Below the pieces are notes generated by a model. That model was not told the origin of the DNA. It made no database searches and saw only the letters and a program-made list of their open reading frames with translations. A DNA stretch of 63,583 nucleotides, filler included, from Octopus bimaculoides (Eukaryota): assembly GCF_001194135.2 (NCBI RefSeq). It is 4 parts of 4 records of this genome, joined end to end, with 100 filler letters (N's around TTAATTAATTAA, not from the genome) between each part and the next. Parts side by side here need not be neighbours in the genome. Positions count along the whole stretch, not along the records: positions 1 to 25,519 come from NC_068986.1; 3 more parts are not named here. The stretch is one strand, 5' to 3'. Numbering within the stretch: position 1 is the first letter of the stretch; every line of letters begins with the position of its first letter. Shown in pieces: positions 1 through 13,590 of the stretch. Made by a program: the position numbers and the translations under genes.

Positions 1-347
1 AAATTTGGCCCTCTAACTCCCCAAACTGCAACAACCTTGATTATTATGTGTGAGTTGCAGTTGTGCGAGAGACCAACAAAATTTGTAACACCAAAGATGA
101 ACTGAAGGCAAAGATTATGACAGCATTCACCAACTTAAACAAGGAGACCATCCAGAAGAGTTGCAGAAGATTCCGAAGTTGTCTGGAGGCCGTGGCTGAA
201 GCCAATGGCGATTTCATTGAATAAATTTACTCCTTTGTCATTTCAGACATTTTTATGTAATTTTGGTAAATGTATCTGTTAAAATGAGATGTCAATGTCA
301 TATTGATTTTTGCGGAATGTAGACGACAGTTTATTCGCCGCACCCTG
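1..347 (+). mobile_element. 3' end of a maT/DD37D-like Tc1-mariner transposon, degenerate
   Basis: 3-224 translates IWPSNSPNCNNLDYYV*VAVVRETNK...CRRFRSCLEAVAEANGDFIE* (WPxNSPDxNPLDY motif, stop at the conserved W); ends ...CACCCTG followed by TA (348-349). Confidence 0.85.
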
Positions 348-349
348 TA

Positions 350-600
350 CACACACAAACACAAAGACACACACACACACACACACATACATACGCACAA
401 GCACATACTCGCACGCTAGAGCACACACACACACGCACACTCACACACACATATGTAATTTACAATGAGAAATGTTGCAGTGAACAGGAGGGACTCCGAC
501 TGCTTCTCCTTCAATGGCGGAGTCAAATAGGGATGAGTGGCCGCCCGCGAAATCTTCGACTATGTACATACTTACATACACAGTTGCATACATACATATG

Positions 601-672
<72 letters not shown>

Positions 673-715
673 CATATATACATACACATATACACACATA
701 CATATAAGAACATGA
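350..715. repeat. (CA)n / (TA)n microsatellite tract
   Basis: Directly visible; source of the VCVC/HTHT ORFs. Confidence 0.95.
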
Positions 716-1499
716 ACAAGAAAGGTGAAAATCATATCTTTAACTGATGATTACACCCTGTATACACAACGATGTATTCTATTGCATCATATATTTAGAT
801 ATAGAAATAAGGTACAAAATGCCAGTCAAACCAACCGTGGTGTGGGCGCGTACGTATGCGTACCTGCGTGAGTTGACTTCCGTGACTTTTACTTACATAA
901 TTGTACAAGGGAAAACAATCAAGCTACAAGAATCAAGAGTTATCACCCATGATTATTTAGTTTATTCTTATTTTCATTAAGAATGTTACTCTCACGTGTT
1001 GGCTTGGTCGAGTTGTACTTCGAAGATAATCCACACGCACACACCTTTATGTACGACGGTCTAACTCAGTTTCTGTCTACCAAATGCACTCCCAAAGCAT
1101 TGCTCGATCTGGGACTATAGTAGGAGATAGTTCTCTGAGTTCCACGCTATGGAGTTGAACACGAAAACATGTAGTAGCAAAGTGAGCCATGCCTAGAAAA
1201 ATATTTTACTAAAGATCTGGTTTAGCCCTACCTTCTGAATATAGGGTCAATATTTACTAGATCCCATCTGCACATCTTTGTGCCACAAATCGTTACAATT
1301 CCCTGATGGAAAATGTTTTCCCGTTGAAGCACAAAAACTTTGATAAATTTCTCAGAAGATTTCCCTCTCAAATAGTTTGTAATGTTGTCCTCTTCGATTC
1401 GCAACATGTGTCTGTCTACAAGAAGCACCCATAGCTGCATTGAACGACTGTCTGGATGAATGCTTTTCTTTATCTTATATTCAGTTACCGGATTCTATA

Positions 1500-2380
1500 T
1501 ATAAAAAAAAATTGAAAATGTCTGAGGAATAAGTAAATTCAACACGTTGGATAAATCTCTCTCCATGACACTTATATACACGAAAGGCCATCGAAGAGGT
1601 AGTCATGGCAGCTAAATCGGCTCAAGAGGGCTCTGGCTGACAAGAGATCGTAGGTGGAATCCTTCAACAGTCGAGTACTAATTCAGTCCGTGTGGCCCCA
1701 CTCAAGTAAAGGCCACAAGCTAAGGAGCGAGCCACTGGTGATCTTGAGATATCTGCTCATAATAAGGAAGGGTAATCAACATTACAGTGGATTCGGCAGA
1801 TCTTGCAAAACTTCTAATTTACTCCTAAAGCTTCGAAATGAGACAAAGCATCACCGATGTTTATTTCACTCAGGCTTTACTGAACATGACCTCATACTAA
1901 GAAAAATACCACAAGTGATACTTCTCCCTCAGATAAAATTATTTCAGAAAATACAACCAGCACTTATTTGCTATTCAAGATAGACTCCATATTCCAACCT
2001 TTTCCAAATCACCTGCTCCATACATCATATTTCCAGCATTGGATATCACGTTTTTTTATTGCCCGTCTGCGAAGCCCTAATGTTCTTCTGGCTCATTTAG
2101 TCTCTGTACTACAAGCCCTCTGTTTTCCTCAGATCTCTAATATCTGTATAGAGCCACAATGTGGATGGAAGCATTTCTTGATTCCTTATTCAATCATTAC
2201 GCTCTATATCAAATAACACAATATAAAAAAATACTTAATAAAGAAGATAAATTCAATCCATTGGCTAAATGTCATTTTTATGACACCAGTATCTTTGGAA
2301 TGAATTCCGGTCTTTACAATACATTACCTTCAAATAACAGAGGCACCACTATTTATACTTCTCTCTGAGGAGACACAATA
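1500..2380 (-). mobile_element. Highly decayed non-LTR retrotransposon 3' region, possibly L1/Tx1-like
   Basis: Broken minus-frame peptides SAESTVMLITLP and TRLLKDSTYDLLSARALLSRF resemble, from memory, the C-terminal region of Tx1-like ORF2; many stops. Confidence 0.3.
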
Positions 2381-2410
2381 ATGGTATTCGTTATATCGAG
2401 CACATATTTC

Positions 2411-2996
2411 GGATCTTTTTTAAAACGGGGGCCACATTTTTCATTAACGAAACACTTTGAAACTTGGAACACTGGTAGAATGTGTCATATAAAACATCTT
2501 TTTCTCTTAGTCTTCTTTAAAAAAAAAGAAATCCATAAGTTATTCCATGTTAAAGTTGTCGTATTTCTGTAATTTCAACCAATCACTGACGTCCATTCAG
2601 CCGATATACATTAAGTGCCGACTACATAAACAAACGATTCTGAAACAATTAACCCTAACCTTAACCCTAACCCTAACCCTAACCCTAGGGTTAGGGTTAG
2701 GGTTAAAGCAAATTTAAAATGAAAAAATCAAATAAAACGAAGGTATGGAGATTAAATACGCTTTACATCGCTTAATCAGCCAAAGGAGTAAATATAAACA
2801 ACTGAATACTTGTCAGTGATTGGTTGAAATTATCGAAATAAGACAATTTTTTACATGAAATAAATTCGAATACAAAAATATTTTTCTGTTCTATAACACA
2901 AAATAGATAAATATACGAAGTTTGAAAGTCTTTCCGTACCAAAAACACTACGTAAAACATTAATGAAAAATGTGGCCCCCGTTTTAAAATAGATCC
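2411..2996. mobile_element. Non-autonomous MITE, Merlin-type termini
   Basis: 37-bp TIRs 2411-2447 and 2960-2996 (36/37 match, start GGATCT); 8-bp TSD CATATTTC at 2403-2410 and 2997-3004; no coding capacity. Confidence 0.85.
2650..2705. repeat. Head-to-head telomeric repeats (CCCTAA)n-(TTAGGG)n inside the MITE
   Basis: Perfect 38-bp palindrome 2668-2705 centred on CCCTAGGG. Confidence 0.95.
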
Positions 2997-4989
2997 CATA
3001 TTTCTTCTTCAGGATGGATTTCATATTTCTTTCCTAATGTCCTAATTTCCAATTTGTTTTCTAATTATGGTATCTGAAATATGTATTCCGATTTACTCGT
3101 TATATATCCGGTAGTATATATTGTCATGTTTTAATTGTTTGCCTTTGGCGCTCTAGTGCTCTGCCGGTAGATCTGATCATTAGCTGTCTATTTTCCACAC
3201 GCATTTTACATTTTAGGGATGGCTTTATGTCAACATTGATTTTACTCTGGGGATTAACTTCATTGACATTCCAGGGACTGCGGCATATAAACAGAAACTA
3301 TTATTCAACTCTGAAATAATTAGAAACATTTAAATGTTGCAAATAAGCATATGTTCAGATGTAGCCAGTAGAAACTTGTTAAAATTCATAATAAAAGTTA
3401 TATTTTCATAGAAAAAATATCCACTACATTTAAAACTCAAACAATGAGATGCAATAAATTTACTGCAACATAAATGGGAAGCAATACACAACACATGTAA
3501 ATCTAATGTATTATGTAACAGCTTTTAAAATAAGCATGGAAATCGCCATGTAGGATCAATAAATTGTAACTAAAAATTTGAAACAAAAGTTGAGGATATT
3601 GACAAGCAGAATTGCATTTCTGGTTAATATTCCAATGAAGGCTCAAATTCATAACCTTAGGGAGTGTGTATTTTCCGTTGTGATTTCTGAAAAGCTTAGA
3701 GTTTATATCATATTATCTGCCTTTATTACTGACGTTTCCAATGTAGTGTAATTGTTATTATAACTTTTGATGTTAATGATAACTCGCGATGTTTCTAATT
3801 AATTAAGATTACCCTTATATCTTTCTGGCATGCATCGTTACCATAATGATTATTGAGTAAATCGTGTCATTTAGCTTGGCATTTCAGTTGACTTTAACGA
3901 AATAACTTCTACGAATGCTTCATTGTGTTTAGTTATTACTCCTCATAGATGCCTATTTAATAATATCTTGGCTTGTATCAACTCCTCACAAATTCATATA
4001 TTTTGTCATGGTGACATATTTCTTTGCTGTTTCTGCTATAATCTCTCTACAGCCTTGTGCATTTTTTTCTCTATTAATGTATGTACCGGCGTATATTTTA
4101 TGCACCCTCCTATAAGATGAAAACCTATTCTACCAGTAAAAGGGTGGTTGGGGTAAATTAGACGATATTAAGTCTTCTTTTTTTGAGGGACAGCTTGATG
4201 TATTCACGGATAGTAAACGGCGTTGGAGAGCATAAATACGAAAGATATAGCTGAGGAAAAAGTAGCTGACATGGAAGACTGGAAGCCATCTGCATACTGG
4301 AAAAAAGGTACCCGTAACATGATAATTCAAACGGGATAAAAAAATGTTGACATTATGTCTGCGGTTCAATGCTCTGCAAACACGGTAAAAGCTGCAAAAT
4401 GTGACGCAGACAGCTGCAACGGAGACTACGAAACTGAGGCTAGCAGGGAAGGGCACAAGAGCAGTTCTGATTGTATCCGCACGCCGGAGTTAATCACCAC
4501 ACCTTACAACAGGACCTCGGACTCCATTCAGGCGGTTACGTGAAGTTACTGGAGACCGTGGTTAAATCGTAGCCGGATGAAGGTTGCTGCTGGATGCCCA
4601 TGTGTGACAGTAGCACTTGACTCCTTACCATATCTCAGAAAGTGTTAGAAGTGGTTGTTTGGGAATTACTACGACATAACCAAACCCAATTTCTGGTTTC
4701 CTTATTCTCGTGATTGTAATTCCATGAGTCGTGGTTGAGAAAGACTCTAACTGCTTTGTCTGCAACACCAAGCCGAGTTGGTGACCAAGGCCAAAGAGTT
4801 GTTCCAAGATCTTCCGACAGACATAATGCGGAATGCATGCGCCTGATTTTGGAGCCATCTTGAGGCTGAGGAGGAATCTGAGGGCAGCAACGTTGCGCAA
4901 ACTGTTATCTCCCCGCCATGATCTGCGGTTTTTAATTTTCTAAATAAAATTTTACTTTTGGACGAAATATTGTTGTTTATATTGCTGCA

Positions 4990-5410
4990 AAGTGTCAAAT
5001 TTAGCCATAACACCCTGTATACTGTGTGGAAAAGACAAATTAAGTAATCTCTTAATAATGTGGTTAGTCTACAAGAAAGCTTTAGATTCTGTCCCTCACT
5101 CATGGCTTGTAGAATCACAACACCTTACCAAACTTGCAGCTGCGATAGTGAATGTCATTCAAAGACTGACCATAACATGGCCCACACAGTTATCACTGAC
5201 GGTTACTAAAGCAGTAACTAATGTTACAAATAAAATTAAGCTATCAACAAACATATTCTAGTGGGGTGGTTTATCTGTAATGTTGTTTCTACTGGCAGTG
5301 AACCACTTGTCAGCTGTGTTAAGAAAATACCACGACTCCATGTTAGGATATGCAGAAATGAATAAAGTTAATGTCACCCAAACATTTTTGCTGATGACCT
5401 AAATTATCTA
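4990..5410 (+). mobile_element. R4/Dong-like non-LTR reverse transcriptase fragment
   Basis: WLVYKKALDSVPHSWL (cf. WIDYKKAFDSVPHSW), LSVMLFLLAVNHLS, and a frameshifted FADDLK. Confidence 0.8.
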
Positions 5411-5938
5411 TGTATATATGTATATAAAGGTAAGTATGTAGAAAGATATATATACATATAATATATCACATGTACTAATGAGTGTTTTTGTGTTACAGTA
5501 AAACAATTTTAACAATTTTCGACATTTATACACATAAATAATATATATATATATATATATATANNNNNNNNNNNNNNNNNNNNNNNNNNNNNNNNNNNNN
5601 NNNNNNNNNNNNNNNNNNNNNNNNNNNNNNNNNNNNNNNNNNNNNNNNNNNNNNNNNNNNNNNNNNNNNNNNNNNNNNNNNNNNNNNNNNNNNNNNNNNN
5701 NNNNNNNNNNNNNNNNNNNNNNNNNNNNNNNNNNNNNNNNNNNNNNNNNNNNNNNNNNNNNNNNNNNNNNNNNNNNNNNNNNNNNNNNNNNNNNNNNNNN
5801 NNNNNNNNNNNNNNNNNNNNNNNNNNNNNNNNNNNNNNNNNNNNNNNNNNNNNNNNNNNNNNNNNNNNNNNNNNNNNNNNNNNNNNNNNNNNNNNNNNNN
5901 NNNNNNNNNNNNNNNNNNNNNNNNNNNNNNNNNNNNNN

Positions 5939-5976
<38 letters not shown>

Positions 5977-6719
5977 CATACATATGCTGGTAATTAATAG
6001 AATAATAGCCTATAGAAATAAATGTTATAAGATTCGAATTACACTTAAGTGTGCATTATATGTAATGTCATAAACTTGAACTTCCTACAGAGTATTCCCA
6101 GCGTGCAGTGGAAAAGTTCAGGAAAAAGATATGACATTACATGATCGCACAATACAATACGCATTTGTCTATATTCACGTTAGTCACCATTTATTTTTCG
6201 TTTGACTATGAGGCTGTAATGTGGCTGGCTCGGTAGACACGTCTACTGGTGCCTCAGCCAGAGAAATTCATGACTACAATTATTATCATAAGATATTTTG
6301 TGAGCATAATAAATAACTTAGCTATTACCTTATCGACACCTGAGTAGAAGTAATAAAGTTCAATCTAATCAATAAGAGATTAATAATAGAAGATTGTAAG
6401 TTGCTGCTGCCATTGTAAGGCCGTTAGGTGGTCAACGAAAACCATCAACGTCAAGTTGGGACCAACAATTTTTACCTTTACACTGTCTAAGTTTTCTCTT
6501 AAACGCAACGGTATTTTGTGACATAAAATACATTTCCCTGTTTTTTTTTAAAAACAGGGATTACTTCAGCAAATTGTCTGATTTCAATACATTGATTAAA
6601 AATTTTAGTTAATGGGTTGACGATAAGATTCAATATTGATCCAAAGTTATAAGTATATATTTTCTAGAAACGTTATCAATACTGTTAGATGATTTTCGTG
6701 TGTGTGTGTACTTTAGTGA

Positions 6720-7405
6720 TGATTCTACTTCAGCTTCATCAGTCACGGACATTGAATGCACGGCTCTGATTCATGGAACTGAACAAGTGCTGGTTTCCTC
6801 TAGGAATGGAAATGTTTTCTGATTTTTCTCCTACCATAGAATTGATTCTGTACTCCTTGCGTAATTTCTCTTGCGTAATTCTTGCGTAATTCTTCTTCAT
6901 ATCTTGCGTAATTCTCTTGCGTAATTCTTCTTCATATCCATTTTGTGCTTCTTCCTTCATTTTTCCTTTCGACTCTGCTTTCAATATTCCCTCGTTCCTA
7001 ACTGACACTAGTAAGGTTTCCTTACTTTAGGTTACGTATCTCATTAGGCTCTCGGGTTCGATATGCACACAGTCTTCCCCACTTATCAGTCCTCTTCGTC
7101 CATTTGCTCTCTTCATGTATAGGCGATGAGTGTCTGCACGTAGATGATGGGAACCCTGTCTCGTTAGGACATTTCTTGACTTCCTGCCCATCTATTTTAG
7201 CTACTCCTATGTCCACTTCAGAACTCCAGTACTATACCAAACTACTGCGAATGCGCGCGAGTTTATTGCTGAAATTATGCTTCTGGTATTCAGCTTTCAA
7301 GCCAAATTTTTTCTCACTCGCCGCAGATTTTCTGTTTTTGTCCTTTCCTTCATATTGTGGTGTTTAATTCCACCTTCCTGAAGTAATCCCTTATATTTAT
7401 AGCTA
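6720..7405 (-). mobile_element. R4/Dong-like LINE, post-RT part, with local TTGCGTAATTC microduplications
   Basis: Homologous to 14950-15400 (e.g. ACTACTGCGA..TGCGCGCGAGTT in both); frameshifted. Confidence 0.8.
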
Positions 7406-7451
7406 GATTGAGGTTGAATTGCCTTCATCATCTCATCACCTGGCAAACCTA

Positions 7452-7637
7452 GGACAGACAAACGGATTAAGTCGATTATATCGACCCCAGTGCGTAACTG
7501 GTACTTATTTAATCGACCCCGAAAGGATGAAAGGCGAAGTCGACCTCGGCGGAATTCGAACTCAGAACGTAACGGCAGACGAAATACCGCTAAGCATTTC
7601 GCCCGGTGTGCTAACGTTTCTCTCAGCTCGCCGCCTT
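7452..7637 (-). mobile_element. tRNA-derived SINE inserted in the LINE
   Basis: Head GGCGGCGAGCTG, B-box GAGTTCGAATTCC, core CTTTCATCCTTTCGGGGTCGAT; 13-bp direct repeat TCATCTCATCACC at 7428-7440 and 7676-7688. Confidence 0.9.
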
Positions 7638-7689
7638 GCTTTCTGAAAGCATAGGCAAACCTGTGCTTTCTGTCCTCATCTCATCACCA

Positions 7690-9290
7690 TCGCAGCACAT
7701 TTTGAGAGTCCAAACTCCATCTTAGCATCAGACTGGACTAGGCTGGACTAGGCTGTCTAGTTCTGCTTTACGTGTGAACAACTTCATGTCGTCCATGAAC
7801 ATCAAGTGGTTCAATTTTCCCTTACCTCTTTTCAGGCCATACCTCAACCTTGTTTTCTGTAGTATTTTACTCCAGGGTATCATTTCTAGCACAAAGATCA
7901 GTGGTGACACACTGTTCCCCTGGAAGATTCCTCTCCTGAGTTTCGCCTCACCCTGCTGTCAATTCCGTTCTCCATCATTTCATTCTTTTTCGTACAGGGC
8001 ATCTCATGTTTTCTGCTACTCCATACATTTCCATTACTCTTATTATCCAAGAATATGGTATCATTTTGTATTCATTCCGTTAGTCAACCCATGCCTTGGA
8101 CAGGTTTGTGTATTTTCTTTTGCATTTTCTGATAACTAGATTGTCGATTAAGAGCTGATCCTTCGTTCCCCGGTTTCACTTTAGGCACCATTTCTGTTCA
8201 ATAGTTACCCGTCCTCTCTGTTCTAAACATCTCCTCAGTTCACAGGCCAAAGCACTTGACATTAGTTAGCGGAATACACGTTATTGGTCTAAAGTTGGAT
8301 GCAACATCTCCCTTTTCAGGATCCTTTGCGCATAACAACGTCTTCCCTTTTGTCATACAGCTGAGTACTGCGTCTTCCTCAAATACTCATCTAGCTGTTG
8401 CGCTATTCTTTCATGGATCCATTTAAGCTTTTTCCTCCAATAATCTTGGATCCCATCCGTTCCTGAACTTTTCCAGTTTGGGAATTTTCTTACCTACTCT
8501 TTTATCATTTCTGTAGTTATTTTTACGTCTTGACATTCTGTATTTCTTAACCAATCATTGATTTCATGCAGCTACTCCGCTTCACCATTACGCTCTACAG
8601 GTTGGTCTCAGATCCCTCTCCAGAACGCCCTCCTTTCCTTTGCATCTCGTTTCATTGGTGCATGTAACTGCTCATCTAGTTACTGAAACAGTTCTTCTGA
8701 TTTGCTTTAAACAATCTGTTTTGCCTGAATTATTTTGTTCTATTGTTATATCTTTCCAGTTTTACTTTGCTTCAATTCTTCCAATATCATATATCCTTTA
8801 TCTCTTATTCTGTATGTTCTTTCCAACATTATTCCTATGTTTTCGTTATGCAATTCCCCTCTTCTCCATCTATCAATTTGTCCTAAATGTCTTTTTAACT
8901 TTGTATCTCATGAATTCGTCTACGAATTCGTTTACGTTCTGTTTCTTCTAAATTTCGAGCACTCAAGAACAATGTGTCCCATTGTTTCACCATTTACACC
9001 ACACATTCTGCATTTTCCGCTCTAGATTGTTTTCCCAAGAACGTTACCAGCAGGCGGCTACAGAGAATCGAACTCTGTACCTCTCAGATACTGGCTGAGC
9101 TCCCTGTACCCGACAGAAGGCAACTATTGGCAAAGGCGCGAGAACGAACTGGCCTCTATACCCATTGGCGACACCCTTTATTTTTACATCAAGTTTAAAA
9201 ATAAATATAAGTTTTCTTTTCCTACAAAACAGAAAGTAGGAAGTAATTCTTTTGAATTTAGAACCACCTGACTCCGATGGGGTAATGAAA
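7690..9290 (-). mobile_element. R4/Dong-like LINE RT and upstream region, degenerate
   Basis: SPLIFVLEMIPWSKIL...HLMFMDDMKLF (RT motifs); continues 6720-7405 across the SINE. Confidence 0.8.
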
Positions 9291-9479
9291 GAGGGACACA
9301 ATGCAATAATATTTTCTTGGGTCTTAATGGTTTTACGTAGTAACTACAAACCTACCGATCTTCATTCGTTTGTTGATGGATTAAGAGAATAAGTGTGATA
9401 ACAGGATTCAGTAGTTTATTTGTACCAATTATTTCGAGAGTATATTGTTTAAAACAAACAGTTGTTTGAATTTGTGGAT

Positions 9480-10140
9480 ATCTTTTAGCCAGGGTCGGAA
9501 GCTTGACATGCCCGAATCAGATGATCTTTATCAATTTTGAACATAATGTTGGTTATGGCGACCATGCCTCATACGTAATAGACTAGTGGATTGATGCTAG
9601 TGAGCTAGGAGGCCATATCTCTGGGTCAACATGATCGTGGAGATTGGAATGCATACACGTTTGTCTTAGCCTTACGACACGGTGCAGAGTATTGCTGGAA
9701 GACGTTCGGTCTTCGTTGCATATTCTGTCTATCCAGGGCCTCACAGTATTCTCCCATACTTATGTATAGACAGCGCCATTAACTTTTAAGCCCTGCGAAA
9801 AAAAGGAGAGTGTTGTCATGTCCATCGTCGCCGAGGACTCCCAGATTCATCACAATTGCTGGGAACTTAGTATGCATGACTGTTGGAACCTCATTAGGGT
9901 GTCAGCATAACCATATATCGCTCCTGTGGTTTACGCTTGGTTGCAATGTAAGTTTCTTCTCACCGGAGATGAAAACCAAAGCGTTCTAGCCACTTGCTGT
10001 TTTAACTTGTTCAGCAAGCGCTTTGTATGAATTGAACGAGTCATTCTTGACATGTCCGACAAACGTATCCCTCCGCATCACATATGATTTGTACCATATG
10101 TTCTCACGCATGCTGTCCTCAGTGTGCCTTTTCATTTGAT
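9480..10140 (-). mobile_element. Decayed maT/Tc1-like transposase
   Basis: Minus-frame FSGEKKLT, VPTVMHTKFPAIVMNLGV, LKVNGAVY, RPWID, IWPPSS..INPLVYYV; multiple stops and frameshifts. Confidence 0.75.
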
Positions 10141-11101
10141 GGGTCATCTTGGTGCCTGTCATGAGTTATCTGAAAATAAAGGCGGTAAAAATAAATTAAA
10201 GCTTTTGACGTAGCTTGTATAATGTGGGCAGGATTCTGTTTTATACACACCATATAATCCCTCATAACTTCTTTATTTTGGGGAATTTTCGGAAAATTTT
10301 TCGAATACACGCTGGAATTCATACGATTATGAAAATAAGTTTAATTTTGATTTTTCACTCTTTTTTAAAAAAATCAGAATTTAAAAAAAAAACGGACAGT
10401 CCGACTTTATTGCTTAAATATCTGCAATGGACCATTGAATATGTTTATGGGGAGAAAATATTCAAAAACATCAATATATGTCAGAATGTTAAAGAAACGA
10501 GAAATTACTGGGTAGTCGATAGATGTGATAAAAAAAAAAACAACAGCTAAATAGGCCTTAAAACACACACAATCTTTTATTTATTTATTTTTTTTTTTTT
10601 TGGCTTTTGCATAATCGTAAAAAATGTATTAAAATCTCATAAAATAAAAGAGTTGTGAGAATCTGTATGGGAAGCAGAAATCGGAATTCCGCCTGCGTGT
10701 ATATATCTAACTATCTGTTTATCTATCTATCTACCTATGATATTATCCATTATATTGCGTAGATGGGTGCAAATAAATTTTAGAGGAAAACAATACTTTA
10801 TATATTTTAGACATTTATAACAGCAGTATAAGTTAAAGCGAAATGTGACAGAAGGAAGTGTTTAGTACACAGAGAATGAATGTGATTAATGATTGATGCG
10901 AATATCCATATAAGTGATTATTTAAATCAGGGTCAGAAGTAGAAGCCATTGTTTCCACGTCACTACCAGCCATAAAAGAAATCTTTTGATGTAAGCTAGT
11001 ATTTTATGGCATGTCGTTATTATCCCATTAAATTGTGGGATAGTAAAATCTGGGATTAATTAACACCGGCTGTTTATTAGTACTGGCGATGTTACGTTAG
11101 A

Positions 11102-11134
11102 TATAAATACGCATCGTTTTCGCATTCGTCATTC
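11102..11134 (+). promoter_or_regulatory. Core promoter of the Cys-rich gene: TATA box and Inr
   Basis: TATAAA 11102-11107; TCATTC Inr 11129-11134 with the A 29 nt after the TATA start; both conserved in the paralogous copy at 25034-25066. Confidence 0.7.
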
Positions 11135-11171
11135 TTTCAATTTTCTTCACCGCTTTCTCCTTTCCTTATAC
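11131..11171 (+). other. Non-coding first exon of the Cys-rich gene
   Basis: Inr to donor C|GTAAGT (11172); the same 41-nt exon and donor are conserved at 25063-25103. Confidence 0.65.
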
Positions 11172-12061
11172 GTAAGTGAACCTTTAACAATATCTTGTGA
11201 AATATTTTTATAACTGTTTTGAGTTGTAGCTCAGATCTGGTTTTAAAAACTTAATGTATTTTCCGTCTTTTCTTAAAAATTGTTGTTTAATATATAAAAT
11301 GAGAAACGCGCTTGGGTTAAATTTTTTTAGCAGTAACTTGATTTGATTTTATTGAAAAAGTAAAGACAATATAAGGTCTATGTCTAAACTAATTGTATCT
11401 TTTTATTTCCTTTCTGTATGCGTGCATTTGTATCTATCTATCTGTCTGTTTATAAATTTAAACATACGCATATACATAACTTTAGATAAAGACAAAGAGC
11501 AAAGAACATTAATCAGAAAATGAATCAATACATGTTATACTGAAACATATGTTACATGAGAAGACATTGATTGCCGCTTCGATGTTTTAAGTAAGCAATC
11601 CTCTTTTAAAATGTACAATAAGCCTGGATATGCGGGGCAATCTCCGTGAATGAAACTTTGACGTGAAAAATATCTCTAAATCTATATTAAAACGGATGTT
11701 CTTAAAAACGTATATTATACAAATATATATTCATTATCTACGGATTCTTCCACGCATATTTAAATGCTTGTACGTATTATATCTTATAGATAAATATGTG
11801 TGTGTTTGTGTGAATGTTTTTGTGTAGGCAATTGTGCGCCTGCGTGTCTGCATGGTTTGGCAAATTTTTCCCAATCCTGAAGGGGAATTTGCATGTAACC
11901 ATAAGTCCTGTGATTTCTTGAATCACAGCCCAGAGCTTTACGTTGCTGATTATTCTCACAATTAAAGAAGGGATGTAGTGTCATATTAAATAAAGAAAAA
12001 TATTTGTAAATATATCGAAATATAATTATTTAAACTTGACTGTTTAGCAGAATGTAAAGCA

Positions 12062-12098
<37 letters not shown>

Positions 12099-12577
12099 TA
12101 CATACATGGGAGCATGCACTCATATATACACGTGTATTGGTATATAGATACATATATGCATATGTAATACATATATGTGTGTGTGAGAGTGTGTGTATGC
12201 AGATAGAGTTATCTAAACACACACACATGAACGAACACATTTACACATGGACGTATGCACGTACACACACACACACACACACACACGCACCACACACACG
12301 CACATATACATGGCAACATGCACTCATATATACACGTGTATTGGTATATAGATACATATATTCAATATGTAATACATATATGTGTGTATATGCAGATAGG
12401 TATCTAAACACACACACATGAATGTACATACGTACACATGGACGTACACACGTACACACAGACACAGACACACACACACACACACACACACACTTATCTA
12501 TTTATGTTACTCCCCTTTTTCTCTAAATTAGTTACTAGTTCGATCTTTTCGAATTATATTTTTACTTTCAGATCAAT

Positions 12578-12650
12578 ATGACGCGATCCATCACTTTTTG
12601 CCTATTGGTTTTGACAGCAGTAATAGCTTTCATCCGAGAAGTTGATGCGG
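12578..12650 (+). CDS. Cys-rich secreted protein, coding exon 1 (signal peptide MTRSITFCLLVLTAVIAFIREVDA)
   Basis: Acceptor TTTTTACTTTCAG (12571), ATG 12578, hydrophobic core ending VDA, donor G|GTAAGT, phase 1. Confidence 0.85.
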
Positions 12651-12984
12651 GTAAGTTTCCAATCATAGATGAAAATACTGAATTATTAAACTTTTGAAAA
12701 TTGCCTGAGCACCAATTCTTTAATCTATTTACTCAATCACACTTTTTGCGTTATAGTTTTTCACTTAGCGATATTTGATATCCGCTACCATAACTTAGTA
12801 TACATACTTATCTGTTTTTACGTATATATGCACACGCGCGTGTGTGAGTGTATGTGTGTGTGTGTGTATATATATATATGTATTTGTACATTTCGTTTCT
12901 GCATCTGGTTGGCAAAATTCTTTGTGCAAATTCGTTCTTTTATTTTTATTTTTTGTTTTTTGTTTTGTATCTAGGTCGAGTCAT

Positions 12985-13236
12985 TATCTAATATAATTAA
13001 CACACACACTGGATCGGTTCCACTCATTTTTTGAATATCCGATTGTTTTATTTTTCTTTCTCGAAGCTCTTTCGTTGCTTCTTGCATCCTTCTCAGTGAC
13101 TATTAACCAATTCCGTAATGGAGGCAGCGTTTGTTTGTTTGTTTGTTTGTTTGTTTGTTTGTTTGTTTGTTTGAGATCATGCTGAGTGCGTGTGTGTGCG
13201 TGCCATTGTGCAGGCATGCTTGCGTATGTATGTATG

Positions 13237-13270
<34 letters not shown>

Positions 13271-13550
13271 TGTATGTATGTATGTATGTATGTATGTATT
13301 CTGCATATTTATCTGTTTGTGTATGCACCTGCTTGTGTTTGCGTATGCATGTATGAGTTCATGATATGTTTGTGTATGTATCTCTGCTTCCGTATGTGTG
13401 CGTGTTTGACTGTGTCTATGCGTATAAATTTGTGTGAGTATGCACGTGCACCTGCCGTGTATGCATGTGTGTCTATATGTGCCTTTGAGTGCGTGCGTGA
13501 GTGTGGAGCGTATGTGCGTATCTGGTCGTGTGTTTCAGTCTCTATATGAA

Positions 13551-13590
<40 letters not shown>

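Noticed and set aside
6203-6306. Possible phase-1 exon GCNVAGSVDTSTGASARE... as the last exon of an upstream paralog
   Set aside because: Weak GAG acceptor and no similarity to the Cys-rich gene beyond the first Cys.
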